Shown here: piece after piece, positions 1-11,209 of the stretch
How positions within the stretch are numbered: the stretch's first letter is position 1
Layout: each line of letters begins with the position of its first letter
Source of the DNA: Selaginella moellendorffii
Taxonomy: Eukaryota; Plantae; Lycopodiophyta
Length of the DNA stretch: 64,000 nucleotides
NCBI RefSeq assembly: GCF_000143415.4
Contig: NW_003314294.1
Span: 57,402-121,401, forward strand
Reading direction: 5' to 3'
Made by a program: the position numbers and the translations under genes
The notes under the pieces: model-generated
Databases searched by the model: none
What the model was told of the DNA's origin: nothing
The model's input: only the letters and a program-made list of their open reading frames with translations

Positions 1-643
1 GCGAAACTCTTCTTTGATTTGGCACAGGTACTCTACTTGGTCGAACGTGTTGGTGGAGTTTTGATCGATGGGAAGAGTGAGGAGAATCGACACCTTCACT
101 GGAAAAAAGAAAAAATGAAAAATGTAAGCCATGAAGAACGAAAAACACGACAGGAATGGGACTAACACGATGCAAGAAAGAGATGACGATCTTCCGAATA
201 GTGCTGTATGATCGGTACCAAGTACTTCCCCGCGACATTCCATTGCCCAAGCTGCATAAACACACGCCTGCTATCCGGATTGTCTCTCGTCAAGCACCGC
301 TGAAGCTCCCTCAGTTTTTCTGTGGGAGTGAACGAGCAAAATAAGCATAAACTCCTCCAGCCATGAAATCCATACCTAAGCAGTGAGATCCCTTGACGAA
401 AACCTCCGATCCTTGGTGCCAATCGTCGCTGCCGCTCGTCTCGAACGCTCCAATCCCCGAAACAATGGAAGCTAACCTCCGCTCGTCCGTCGTCTCCAGC
501 TTCTTCTGGATCTCCTCATCCTGCTTGCGCGCGCCCTGTGACCAGGGCGCATACACCAGCACTGGCGCCGCGGCATTCTTCCTCGTCGCCTTCTTCTCGG
601 CGTCGTCGCCCCTTGGCGGGCTGGACGCCGCCTCGTCCTCCAT
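1..643 (-). CDS. TIM: TIMELESS/Tof1/Swi1 fork-protection protein, 5' part (runs off the window edge)
   Basis: Spliced exons 643-376, 319-167 and 98-<1 (GT-AG introns) give ...VKGSHCLEKLRELQRCLTRDNPDSRRVFMQLGQWNVAGKYLVPIIQHY...LKVSILLTLPID..., matching the TIMELESS N-terminal pattern (CLdnLkDLlRfLrRDD...W.iv.kDLiPII...VkvLvfLTmPi). Confidence 0.85.
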
Positions 644-959
644 AGCCGAGCTCGCGCGAACCTAAAATTTTCAAAAGGCTCCCGCCAAAATGGCAATAAG
701 AGCCCTAAAAAAGCTGACATTGGGTTTGGTGAAGATAGAATGCCTTCACGCGGCATTTGCGGCCAACAAGAAATAATAGGAGGGGTCAATTTGGTCACCA
801 AACCATCACAGCTTTTTTCTTTCTTTCCGTTCGTATCGTATTTCTACGACGGATATTCTTGTCCATTGGCAAGAACATTTTTGTTCTTCCCAGCTGTTCT
901 CCATATCTCCACATTCGGTCGAAAATTCTTCCACCCCGGAGGGAAGAAATCCAGCTCCA

Positions 960-2577
960 ATGGCGGCCGCGGCGACAGTGATGAAGAGGGAGCTGGGATC
1001 GTCCGAGGAGAATTGGACGCGATGCACAGCCGGCGGCACTGGGATTGGGATTTTCGGCATGGCGCTGCGCCAGATCGTCCAGACGCCGAGCATTCTCCTG
1101 GCTGCCAAAGCGGTATGTGAGAATCACTCAATGCTGCGAGCGCAGCTCGTCCCCGACGCGAAATCTTCCTCCAAGAAGTTGGCATTCGAGGTCCGGAGCG
1201 TCGATTCTTTCGCACCAGTGGTGGAATCACTGCCGTGGCCAGAAGAAGGAACCCTAGGTTCTTGCGATGGCGACGAAGAAGCGCTCGTCAAGAGCGCGCT
1301 GCAGGCGGTGGTCACAAACGAGCTAAATCTTCCCTTCCACAAGGAGCACAAGGAGCTCGATCACACCGTGGATATCTTCCAAATCCACGTCTACGAGGAG
1401 GCTTCCAGCGGCTCCTCGATCATCGTTCTTAGGTTTCACAGCGGGGCTTGCGACAGATATTCTTCCTCCACCGCCGCGCAGGAATTCGTGGCGGCGCTCG
1501 ATCGATGCGTGGAGGCAGGGGTAGAATGCGAGCGCCAGGAGCAGCAGCGGCAGGATCGCGATGGATTGCTGCCGTGCATGGAAGATCTGGTTCCCAAATC
1601 CAAGGCGTCCAAGGGTTTCTTCAAGAAAGGGATCGATGCTGTGGGATACGCGCTCAACTCCTCCAAGAGCGCGCTACTGCCGTTCCAGCCAGGATTCACG
1701 AAGCAGCCACACGCGACGCCGTTTAGATCCGAGATCCTGAGCTACAGCCTCGGCAAACCAGGTACATTGCTCGATTCAAAGCTTCTCGTGCCAGATCTTG
1801 GATGAATTTCTTGAAGGTACCGAGGATTTCTTTGCGGCTTGCAAGCGTGAGAGCACGACGATCGCAGCGGCGCTCTCGGCGGCATTCCTCAAGATCGCCG
1901 CCAGCGTCACGAAAGAAAAGAAGCAAGACACATTCTCCTTTACAAAGTAACTCTCTCGACGCTTGGTTTCTATAGTGAGTGAGGAATTTTATTTTTTTTC
2001 TTTGTGAAGTGTGCTGGATTGCCGTGGATACTTTGAGCCTCCGCTGGACGCCAGCGTTGTGGGGAACTACTCGGCCGGATTGCCTCACGACGAGCAAGTC
2101 AAGGAAAGCGTTCCATTCTGGGATCTTGCAAGGCAGATATCGTCTTCCACCGAGAAGAACTTGGCAAAGAGCCGCCATTTCTCCGAGCTCTCCGTGCTTA
2201 ATATGCTTCTATCCCAGGTACTTGTGCTGGTTTTTGGGCTGTCGTATAAGACTCTGTTCTTATTCTTACAGGTGATCAAGCATCCGAGCGTTACACCCAG
2301 CTCGTCCATGAGGACAGCACTCTTCACCGTGTTTGTGGACGGACCAACAAAGTGTAGCTGGGGGAACGTGAAGAACCTCAAGCTTGCTGGAACGATTGGG
2401 CCGCTGGCGTCCATGCACTACGTTGGACCTTGCTTCTCTGTAGCCGAGGCTCTACTTGATGGTCCCGAGCTCTCTCTCACCTTCGTTTACACGACGCCAA
2501 TGTACTCTCGCAGCCAGCTCCAAGACTTGGTATCCTCGTCGCTTGATCTTCTCAAGTCTGCGGTTGCTTCCAATTGA
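960..2577 (+). CDS. CoA-dependent acyltransferase / condensation-domain-like protein (At3g52610-like)
   Basis: N-terminal R.LGSSEENW.RC..GGTGI and FHSGACDR motifs; C-terminal LDCR.Y..P.L...VGNY and FWDLAR. Three short introns at about 1762-1816, 1947-2009 and 2218-2271. Confidence 0.75.
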
Positions 2578-2665
2578 GGTACTACTTCCAGCTAAGTTTT
2601 CTGGAGGGCATATCTTTTTCGAGATATTGCCAAACTCGATTGATCAATTAATCCTTTTGGTGTTT

Positions 2666-4576
2666 CTAAGATCCCGCATAGAGGTTGTGGAGAAGCCTGT
2701 AAAGCTTCTGGTGGTTCTTATAAGACGTCGCGTTTGCGGCAGCACGGGCCCCGAGATGAACGTCCCCTTGGCTTCTACAGGCTCCAAGCAAAGTAAACCA
2801 GGCTGCGTCACGACCTTCAACAGCTCCACTATCGGGTGATCTTTTCAATAAGTTTATGATTCTCTCGGCTTCTCCAACTTGTCCAGACCGCCCGAGAGCG
2901 TCGACCATGCAACAGTAGTGCTCCGAGCTTGGTCTCAATCCTCGCTCGCTCATCGATGCAAACTGGATCAAGCAATCCTCTAGCTTCCCGACTTGACAGA
3001 GCGCTGTGAGAAGGCCGAGGAAAGTTACCTCGTCCGGCTCCACACCACTGAGATCCATCTCCTGGAACAGCTCAATCGCAACCTCCTCGCAACCATTCTC
3101 GGCATATCCTTGCAAAAGCGTCGTCCACGAATAAACATTTGGTTCAGGGATCTCGTCAAAGAGTTTCTTCGAGTAGGAAAGATGCCCGTTCTGGGAATAT
3201 GCTGCGACAATGGCACTCCAGGCTCTTATGTCTTTGTAGCTCATGGCATCGAACACATGTTTTCCTTCAGCGAGATTCCTGTCCAAGGAATATGCGCCGA
3301 TCATGGCAACACATGCCACGGAATCGTAGTGAGGCATTCTATCAAATAGATCTCGCGAATCTTCCACATACCCTTGCCGGGCATAGACGGTTACTATTGC
3401 GTTCCATGCTATAAGATCTCTACTGGGCATTATATCAAACATCCACCTGGCATTCTCCAATTGGCTGCACTGCGCAAACGCCAAGAGCATACACGTCCAT
3501 GTAATCAAGCTTCTCTCGGGCATTTTGTTAAATACAGTCTTTGCTTCGTCTAGATACCCGTACTGCGTATAAATTTGTATCATCGTGTTCCACGTGGAAA
3601 GATTCCTATAAGGTATGGCCTTGAATAGATTCCTTGCTTCGTCCAGCCGGCCATGCTGTACGTGCGCCGTGAGCATGCAGTTCTGTGATACCACATCCCA
3701 ATGCGGCATATTATCGAAAAGGAGAACAGCATTTTCTAGATGCCCATTTTGGGCATATGCTCTCACCATAGCGGTCCACGCCACTACATTCCTATACTCC
3801 ATGTTGTCGAAGATTCCTTTTGCTTGAAGTACGTTACCAGCGTCTCCGTACCCAGCCACCATAATGGTCCATAGCACTAGATCAAACTCGGCCACAGTTT
3901 CGTATAGGGATCTCGCCTCAAGCATATGCCCATTGCGGGCATATGCCTCAACGAGCGCAGTTACCGCAAGAATATTCAACCCAATCATTTCGGGCATTTG
4001 CTCAAACGTTTGGACAGCCCTTCCAAGCGCGCCACAATAACTGTAGGCGCGAATCATGGTCATCCACGTCACAACGTCCTTTTGTGGCGCTCTCTGAAAG
4101 AGATCCTCGGCATCTAGAAGATGCCCACTCTGGGCATATGCCACGAGCATGGTGTTCCAGGAGACTATGTCCTTGTAGGGCATCTGGGCAAAGAGATTCT
4201 CGGCATCTTCCAGGTAGCCGTTGGATGCGTAGGCGGTGACGATGCTGTTCCATGAAACGGTGTTCTTGGCGGGCATGGCATCGAAACAAGCCCTAGCGCG
4301 ATCGATGTGCCCGTTGCGGGCAAAGGCGGTGAGTAGGATGTTCCAGGAGAAGATGTTTGGCGCGGCAATGGCCGCGAAGGCGGCGGCAGCGTCGGCGACG
4401 CTCCCGCATTTGCCGTAGGTCTTGACGAGCAGATTCGCAAGGTAGACGCTGGATCGATGGCGAGCGCTGGCCTGGATCTTGGCGTGGATCTGGCGGCAGT
4501 CCTCGGCATGGCGGCAGTCGCGGATCGATCGCGCCAGGAGCGTGGCCTCGTCGCGAATTTCGAGAGGCGAGGTCAT
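2666..4576 (-). CDS. PLS-class PPR protein (31-aa SS repeats, C-terminal E domain, no DYW)
   Basis: Intronless 636-aa ORF with tandem VSWNxMxxAYAQxGH repeats and an HYCCMVDALGRSG...W.TLLGAC end. Confidence 0.93.
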   Translation of the reverse strand: MTSPLEIRDEATLLARSIRDCRHAEDCRQIHAKIQASARHRSSVYLANLLVKTYGKCGSVADAAAAFAAIAAPNIFSWNILLTAFARNGHIDRARACFDAMPAKNTVSWNSIVTAYASNGYLEDAENLFAQMPYKDIVSWNTMLVAYAQSGHLLDAEDLFQRAPQKDVVTWMTMIRAYSYCGALGRAVQTFEQMPEMIGLNILAVTALVEAYARNGHMLEARSLYETVAEFDLVLWTIMVAGYGDAGNVLQAKGIFDNMEYRNVVAWTAMVRAYAQNGHLENAVLLFDNMPHWDVVSQNCMLTAHVQHGRLDEARNLFKAIPYRNLSTWNTMIQIYTQYGYLDEAKTVFNKMPERSLITWTCMLLAFAQCSQLENARWMFDIMPSRDLIAWNAIVTVYARQGYVEDSRDLFDRMPHYDSVACVAMIGAYSLDRNLAEGKHVFDAMSYKDIRAWSAIVAAYSQNGHLSYSKKLFDEIPEPNVYSWTTLLQGYAENGCEEVAIELFQEMDLSGVEPDEVTFLGLLTALCQVGKLEDCLIQFASMSERGLRPSSEHYCCMVDALGRSGQVGEAERIINLLKRSPDSGAVEGRDAAWFTLLGACRSQGDVHLGARAAANATSYKNHQKLYRLLHNLYAGS

Positions 4577-4594
4577 TCATCTCGATCTTGTCAG

Positions 4595-4651
4595 TCGGAT
4601 TGCAGAGATTTCGACGGGGTTCCATCGGATTGCAGAGATTTCGACTGGATT
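4595..4651. repeat. short direct repeat (tcggattgcagagatttcgac x2) upstream of the PPR
   Basis: Two copies start at 4595 and 4625. Confidence 0.8.
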
Positions 4652-4779
4652 GCGATCTTTGTGATCTTGGCGAATGGATTCATATCGAAAAGGGAGATTC
4701 CGTGGATTATCAAACAGGCCTTTCTTGGCGCGCACGCAAGTGCCACGTCACACCGCTAATTTAGGGCTCCTCCGGAGGC

Positions 4780-6558
4780 ATGGAAGACGAAGAAGGGGCG
4801 CGTGATTCTACCAGTGGGAGAAAAAAGGCCACGGCAAGGTCGGCGCTCCTCGCTCTCCTAGACGCGGGGTTTTGCCGATTGGAAGAGCTCTCGCGAGTGC
4901 CACAGAAGGACGTCTTGGCGGCCGCGCACAGGCACAGCAGTGGCACGGTTTTTGGCTGGCTTATCGGACTGGGCTTGATCGCCGAGCAGGAGAAGGTGGT
5001 CTACATCGGTGGGACGAAGCGATTCCGGCACCTTCTGAAGGAAGGAATGGTAACCAGCGATGGGCTTGTGTGTAGCTGCTGTGATGAGCTCTTCAATCTC
5101 TCGGGCTTTGAGGCTCACACCGGGAGCAAGCTTCGCCGACCGGCAGCCAACATCTTCGTGGGCGATGAGGCCCAGCTCTCCATCGCCGACTGCCAGAATG
5201 TAGCTTTCAAGATGGAGACTTTGGAATCACTACCGGTGCCCATGGCGAGTGTGGAGGAGATGGAGCGATGCGATGAGAATGAGGAGGAGGAGGAAGAGGA
5301 GCTTCCCAGCAGCAAAAGGACCAAGCTTGACGAATCCTTTGGTACGTCGCCTAGCGTAGAAAAGGAAAGCTTTGCTTGCCAGACCAACTGCGATCCTTTC
5401 GAGTCGTGTGACTACTCGAAGATGCTCCCGCCGCTGGAAGCAAAGGCCGAGCTTTTCAACAGCGAGGGGCTTCCAGTGGCTCGCAGGCGAAAGTTCGATA
5501 GCTACTGCCAGAGCGACGAGGACTCTGGCCTCACCACTGTCTCCTCCGGAAGCGACGTAGACTATGAGGCCGCCGCGAACAGCGATCAATGCTGCGGGAT
5601 TTGCAACGAGGGTGGCGAGCTCGTGTGCTGCGAGACGTGCCCGTTAACTTTCCACATGGAATGCGTATCGCTGCTCGAAGTTCCCAAGGACGCCTGGTTC
5701 TGCTTTCGGTGCCTTTGCTGCCACTGCGGCGAGCCCCTGAGGACGCAGCCGTGCGAGCAGTGCGAGCGGTGCTTCCACCCGGGCTGCTGCGACGACGCCA
5801 TCCTGGCCGGGGACTTTTTCTTCTGCTCCTCTGGCTGCTGGAACATTTTCCAGAGGCTCGCGGAGATGGTGGCGACGGTGAATCCGTTGGGGCGATCGGA
5901 GCTCTCGTGGAGCTTGCTGAGGCGGGGCCGCTGCGACGACAAGCTCCTGGCGGAAGCTCTCCAGGTGATCTCGAGCCGGTTTGATCCGGTGCTGGATTGC
6001 TGGACGCAGCTCGACTACCTGGATGCGATGGTGTTTAGCCGCAGCCACCACTCGCCGAGGCTCGACTTCAGCGGCTTCTACACGGCGGTGCTCCAGAGGG
6101 GGGCGGAGGTGGTCGGGGTGGCGGTGCTGAGGATCCACGGGGCGTGGCTGGCGGAGATGCCGTTCATTGCAACCAAGGCGGGGATGGAGGGGCAGGGGAT
6201 TTGCCGCAGCCTCTTCACCGCGGTGGAGGAGATGCTGGCGCGGCTGGGCGTCGAGATGATGGTGCTACTAGCGGCAAAGGACACGGAAAAGATGTGGAAG
6301 AATTCGTTCGAGTTCCACGCCATGGATCGCAAGCTCAAGGCCCGGACGGTGGCGCTCGGCCTGGTGGCGCTCAATGGAGCGGGCTTCTTGCAGAAGAGCG
6401 TGGGCGAGAGGGGGTGGGATCATGAGGCGGCGGCGGAGGAGGTGGTGGTGGCGGCGAAGAAGCGGCGGCGCGGCAGGCCGAGGAAGGAGCAGAGCGATGC
6501 GCCGGCAACGCCGCCAGCGACCAGGGCGAGGCCTCCGAGAGCAACCGAGGTTCACTAG
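4780..6558 (+). CDS. IDM1/ROS4-like PHD-finger GNAT histone acetyltransferase with Tify/Jas-like domain and C-terminal AT-hook
   Basis: CSCC...FEAHTGS...PAANIF domain; PHD CGIC.EGGELVCCETCPLTFH.EC...W.C..C; second Cys-rich finger; GNAT GFYTAVL...AEMPFIAT...GQG; RGRPRK. Intronless. Confidence 0.9.
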   Translation: MEDEEGARDSTSGRKKATARSALLALLDAGFCRLEELSRVPQKDVLAAAHRHSSGTVFGWLIGLGLIAEQEKVVYIGGTKRFRHLLKEGMVTSDGLVCSCCDELFNLSGFEAHTGSKLRRPAANIFVGDEAQLSIADCQNVAFKMETLESLPVPMASVEEMERCDENEEEEEEELPSSKRTKLDESFGTSPSVEKESFACQTNCDPFESCDYSKMLPPLEAKAELFNSEGLPVARRRKFDSYCQSDEDSGLTTVSSGSDVDYEAAANSDQCCGICNEGGELVCCETCPLTFHMECVSLLEVPKDAWFCFRCLCCHCGEPLRTQPCEQCERCFHPGCCDDAILAGDFFFCSSGCWNIFQRLAEMVATVNPLGRSELSWSLLRRGRCDDKLLAEALQVISSRFDPVLDCWTQLDYLDAMVFSRSHHSPRLDFSGFYTAVLQRGAEVVGVAVLRIHGAWLAEMPFIATKAGMEGQGICRSLFTAVEEMLARLGVEMMVLLAAKDTEKMWKNSFEFHAMDRKLKARTVALGLVALNGAGFLQKSVGERGWDHEAAAEEVVVAAKKRRRGRPRKEQSDAPATPPATRARPPRATEVH

Positions 6559-6609
6559 GAATCCCACTCGGCATATACGATTTTTGAATATCGGATATTC
6601 ATTATGTTC

Positions 6610-6730
6610 CATGCCACGTGGAGATACTGGCTGACACTTGGCCAAGCGGGTGGCAGAGGCCAAGCCCAAGCTGACGTGGAAAAAACATTGACGTGGCAAT
6701 TACGTGTATCTAAACCCTAGACAACGTGGC
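6610..6730. promoter_or_regulatory. cluster of ACGT (G-box/ABRE-like) elements plus telo-box
   Basis: gccacgtgg 6613, tgacgtgg 6672, tgacgtggc 6689, tacgtg 6701, aaaccctag 6712, aacgtggc 6723. Confidence 0.5.
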
Positions 6731-6793
6731 AAACAACGCATATTATTTGAAATTCGAATATTCTCAGCTTTGTTTTCCCGCGGGATTAACAGT

Positions 6794-8502
6794 TTAGAAG
6801 ACTAGTCTGTAGGGAACCCCGGTGAAAGGGAGCCAATAGCCGCCCTGGATCAAGCCCCTCACGCTATACTCGAGCGCAGCTATGGTGTTGAGCTGCTTGG
6901 ACCAGCCGACTCTCCCAATCGGGCTGGCGCCGGGGCCATAGTTGTGGAACTCGGCCAGCACCACCGTGTCCAGCCCCAGCGTCCCGTTCCACGGCAGCCA
7001 GCCGCTGGGATCGATCACCACGTCCAGGTAGGACTCGATGAAGATGGCGCGAGCGTAAGGCTTCCAGGGGCGGCCCAGGAATCCCTGGTGCTTGCCGGGC
7101 TCCGCCAGGCGGGCCTCGAGGTACTCCGGGGTGCCCGAGATCCAGCAGCTCTGGCACACAAAGGCCGTGTCCTGTGCCGGGTCCGTGCGGCCGTGCGCGG
7201 TGATGGTGCTCATGGTGTGGTTGGCGGCGCCGGGGCGGATCTGGATGTTGCAGTTCTGGAAGACGCTGGCGGCGTTGCCGAAGATGAAGTCGATGGTGCC
7301 GTAGATGGAGCAGTCCCTGTAGAACTGGCGGTACGCGTGCGTGTAGAGCGTGTCCTGGAACCCCCAGAAGGAGCAGCGATGGATGGCGGCCATGTCGCTG
7401 TCCACTCGCATCGCCACTGCCTGGCCGCCTGGCCCGGCGGTGTTGACGACGGTGATATCGCGCATCAGGAAGCCATTGCCACTCACGGCTGTAAAAAAAC
7501 GCTCGTTAGTCGTGGAGAAAATGAAAACTACGATCGAAGAACTCGAGCGAAAAGTTCTAGCGTACCTACAGTTGCGGTTCGATACGTCGAGATGCCCATC
7601 ACGGTGCTCAGGTTTCCGGTGATCACGGTCTTGTTGATGCCGTCGCCGACGAACGCGATCATGGTTTTGGTGCTGGGAATGCGGACGATCTCGTCGTAGA
7701 CGCCTGCGGTGATGTAGATGGTGTACCTGCGGTTAAGGTGGTCGGGTGCGTCGTCCACTGCGGCTTGGATAGACGTGTGGCTTCCATAGTCGGGGTCGTG
7801 AGAAACCACGGCCTTCGCCACCGTTGCCTCGAGCTGTATGAGCTTGTTTCCATCGCGCCTCTCTCTCTCCATTTCTTTCAGGCTCCTGGCTACCACTGGA
7901 GTACGCCTCCAGGCCGAGAAATCGTCCCTGTTGGTCTCGAAGGCGTCGAGTGCCCAGAGTGCGTTGGTGATGAGTGGAATGCTCAAGTACCGGATGCGGC
8001 TGGAAACGGTGTCGCTAAACCTGGACAGATAGTCGTAGCAGTCGTTGTTGTACGTGAGCGCAGCACTGAGCCAATGCCGGACGTCGGCGAAGCTGTTGTT
8101 GCCTCGAAGTTCCCTTCCGAGCGAAAGCATCAAAACGTTCATGGAGCTTCCCAGGAGCTCTCGGATGTCTTCCAGTATCAGCTGCTTGCGAGAGGTGCTG
8201 TAGCCCATACCGTCCACGTCCAAAAGGCTCGAGTTCACTTGCTGAGACGCCAGCGTTATCGAATACTTGACGAACTCGGCCGGCTCCCGGGCCGCCACCA
8301 CCACATCGGGTAACAAAAGAAAGTAGTGCTTGCAGAGCTTGTCGAACCTGGTAGCACTGCAGGCCATGGAGATGTTCTTGAGGCCGTCACCGGTGATTGC
8401 GAAGGAGCTAGCGGCCTGACCCCGACAGCCGGAAAAAAAAATCTGTAGCACCAAACCCACCGCCACCACCACCACCATCATTCTGTGGAGACCTGTCAGC
8501 AT
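6794..8502 (-). CDS. pectin methylesterase with PMEI pro-domain
   Basis: Exons 8502-7566 and 7488-6794; hydrophobic N-terminus, WLSAALT, and catalytic-domain motifs QAVA, QDTL, DFIFG and LGRPW. Confidence 0.93.
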
Positions 8503-8554
8503 TCGAGCGGCTGTGTGGACCTTTTCGACGTATCTCCTGGCCGATGGAACCGAA

Positions 8555-8666
8555 NNNNNNNNNNNNNNNNNNNNNNNNNNNNNNNNNNNNNNNNNNNNNN
8601 NNNNNNNNNNNNNNNNNNNNNNNNNNNNNNNNNNNNNNNNNNNNNNNNNNNNNNNNNNNNNNNNNN
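8555..8666. other. assembly gap (N run)
   Basis: Run of N. Confidence 1.
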
Positions 8667-8986
8667 GGCCTCACAGAAAGGCTATGCCCGTCTTCTAATG
8701 AGCCCCATACTAATGCGGTGATAGTCCGGCCCAGACCAACGTTGTGAAATCACCTAATAGGAGCCCCCAAGTTTTCTGGCAAAACGCAAAGACTGGTGCT
8801 GGAACCGGCAGATCGTTTGACCATCGGATGCAAAAGATGCATAAGTCCGAGCGAAGAAACTGGATCGATCTGTATTTGTACAGTAAAATCATCTGGAGAA
8901 AGACGGCAGCATCAGCATATGTATACGGAAAATGCGTACCATTGAGCTACATCGAGGTCAAGGAAGAGAAAACCAAAACCAAGTAA

Positions 8987-9788
8987 CTATGTCGTGGTGT
9001 TTTCGTTGCTCCTTGAGCTCTTCTTCTCTTCCTCGACCTGTGCGAGAAGAGCTTCCAGCTCGGCCTCGGGCAGCTCTTGGTAGCGCTTCTGCCACATTTA
9101 AACAATGGAAACGAGAGAAAGAACGCTTGTTCCGTTAGAGAAATCGTAAATGGAAGCAAATAAAAAAAAAGGAAAGGTACCTCCATCACTTTGAGCTCGT
9201 AGTCTTTGAGCTGCTTGGCGTAAGTCATGTCTTTGTTGGAGACCCGGAGAACATAGGATAGGATCCATCCCACTGTGAGCCCAAGAACCATGACTAGCTG
9301 CACAACGTTGCCAGCCTTGAGGGAATCCAGTCCAATTAACTGCGACCGAAAGAGGTTTCAAGACAAACCTGTGAACGATCGCTAGACACATACCTCTAGT
9401 CCAGACTTTAAACCAAATCCAAAGATTGTGATTCCAATTCCAATAAGGAGAACGTCTTTCCTCGTGTAGCCAAACGCGGGCTGGAAGCGGAAGAACAAAA
9501 TATTTGTTAGAAACCATGATCGAGCTCCGAAATCTCACAAAATCCTTCTACGATTCGATAAAGAATCACACAGACCTTGTCTTCCGTCGCTCCAGACTCG
9601 CATTTTGCGATCAGTGAACCCCTCCTTCGTGTTCTTTGGAGTGTTCTTTGCAATGGAAATCGATTTCTTCCCAAAGCGATGGCGCCGGATCCCGCCATTG
9701 GAGCAAGAGCCTGGGCGCCACACCTAGCCCCATGAATCGAATGCCGGAGAAGGATCCCCAGCGTCACAGCTGACGAAATTGCCGCCAT
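8987..9788 (-). CDS. DUF3007 family plastid protein (cyanobacterial-type), multi-exon
   Basis: Transit-peptide-like N-terminus, then TRKDVLLIGIGITIFGFGL, GWILSYVLRVSNKDMTYAKQLKDYE and a last exon KRYQELPEAELEALLAQVEEE...*. Confidence 0.85.
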
Positions 9789-9830
9789 AGCTAAAACACT
9801 GAGATACCCCTAAACGTGAATATCCCCATT

Positions 9831-9921
9831 TTACGCTGACTCAGCCCTAGATTTTTTGCTAGCTGACTAGGATCCCTTTATGCTGACGCAGCCCTACATT
9901 CTTTCAAATGCTGACTAGGAC
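9831..9921. repeat. tandem duplication of about 47 bp with TGAC(T/G)CA motifs in the DUF3007/BTB divergent promoter
   Basis: gctgactcagccctag...gctgactagga is followed by gctgacgcagccctac...gctgactagga. Confidence 0.65.
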
Positions 9922-9951
9922 TTTCATCTGCCCTAATTGTTCTTCCCGGCT

Positions 9952-11209
9952 ATGGTCGCCGCGGCGGAGGACGATCTTGACAAGCAACACGCCGACGAGG
10001 GCTACGACGAGCTCGACAGCTACATCCGGCGCAAGAAGAAGGTACCGTGCGGCGATGTCTATGAGGCCGCGAGGGCGGGCGACATCGATCGCCTCAAAAT
10101 CCTGCTCGAATCGGGCATCAACGTGAATGCTCGGGACGAATGGGACTCGGTGGCGCTGTATTACGCGTGCCTGGCCGGGCACGAGGACGCGGCCAGGATC
10201 TTGCTAGAGGGAGGCGCGATTTGCAGCGAGCACACGTTTGATGGCGATCGGTGCCACTACGCGGCGCTGAATCTCAGGGTGAGGCGATTGCTCAAGCTGT
10301 TCGAGGCCCGGCCGCCACCGCTGGCGCCACTGCCGGATTCTCTCAGGGCCCTCTTCTTCCGGTCCGGCCAGAATCACAGGTTTCTCGATCCGACGCTGGG
10401 CGACACTGGGAATTTCGATGCTGACGAGCTGGGCGATCCAGTCGGGCCGGACATTGTGTTCTACGCCCAAGGGCAGCCGATCGCTGCTCATCGCGCCATC
10501 CTCTCGGCGCGCTGCCGGTTCTTCCAGCGAAAGTTTGAGAAAGAGTGGAAGTCACGCAGCGAGATCCGGTTCTCCAGGAACAGGCTCTCGTTCCACGCGC
10601 TCTTTCGGCTCATCAGCTTCTTCTACTGCGATGTCTTGGACGTGGCCGTGGACGACATGGAGGACTTGCTCAGGATTTGCAAGGTGTGTGGATGCTCGGG
10701 GCTCCAGAGGGTCCTCGAGAAGGAGCTCGTTCATCAAAAGTTTGCCGACTACAAGTCACTCAACACCGACGATGACTCGCTCAAGANNNNNNNNNNNNNN
10801 NNNNNNNNNNNNNNNNNNNNNNNNNNNNNNNNNNNNNNNNNNNNNNNNNNNNNNNNNNNNNNNNNNNNNNNNNNNNNNNNNNNNNNCGAGAATCAGGGAA
10901 TTTTGCCTTGATACCATTGCCGTGAATTTTGAAAGCTTTGCGGCTACATCGGAGTTTAAGGCTTTGTTACAAAGGCTTCCACCGCCATCAGGAGATACAT
11001 CAACGAGAACCACGATACCAAACGCTCCGGGGGGTGTTAAAGACGACAGTCAAGGGAACTTACTGGACGATTTACGTGAAAGGTGGCTAGAGGCTGAAGG
11101 TGCAGAACTTGACCAGAGGGATGAAAGTGCCAGGGATTTTGACAAAGTGCTAGAGCTGCTTCGCTCAACAGCAGAGAATGACGACACGGAAAGTCTGGAA
11201 CTGGTTTAG
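9952..11209 (+). CDS. ankyrin-repeat BTB/POZ protein (At2g04740/ABTB1-like), middle lost in a gap
   Basis: [32 protein letters not shown] and [15 protein letters not shown]; after the gap the C-terminus contains [23 protein letters not shown]. Confidence 0.88.
10787..10886. other. assembly gap (N run)
   Basis: 100 N. Confidence 1.

Noticed and set aside
8667-8986. Short ORFs next to the N gap
   Set aside because: No recognisable motifs; cannot be interpreted across the gap.
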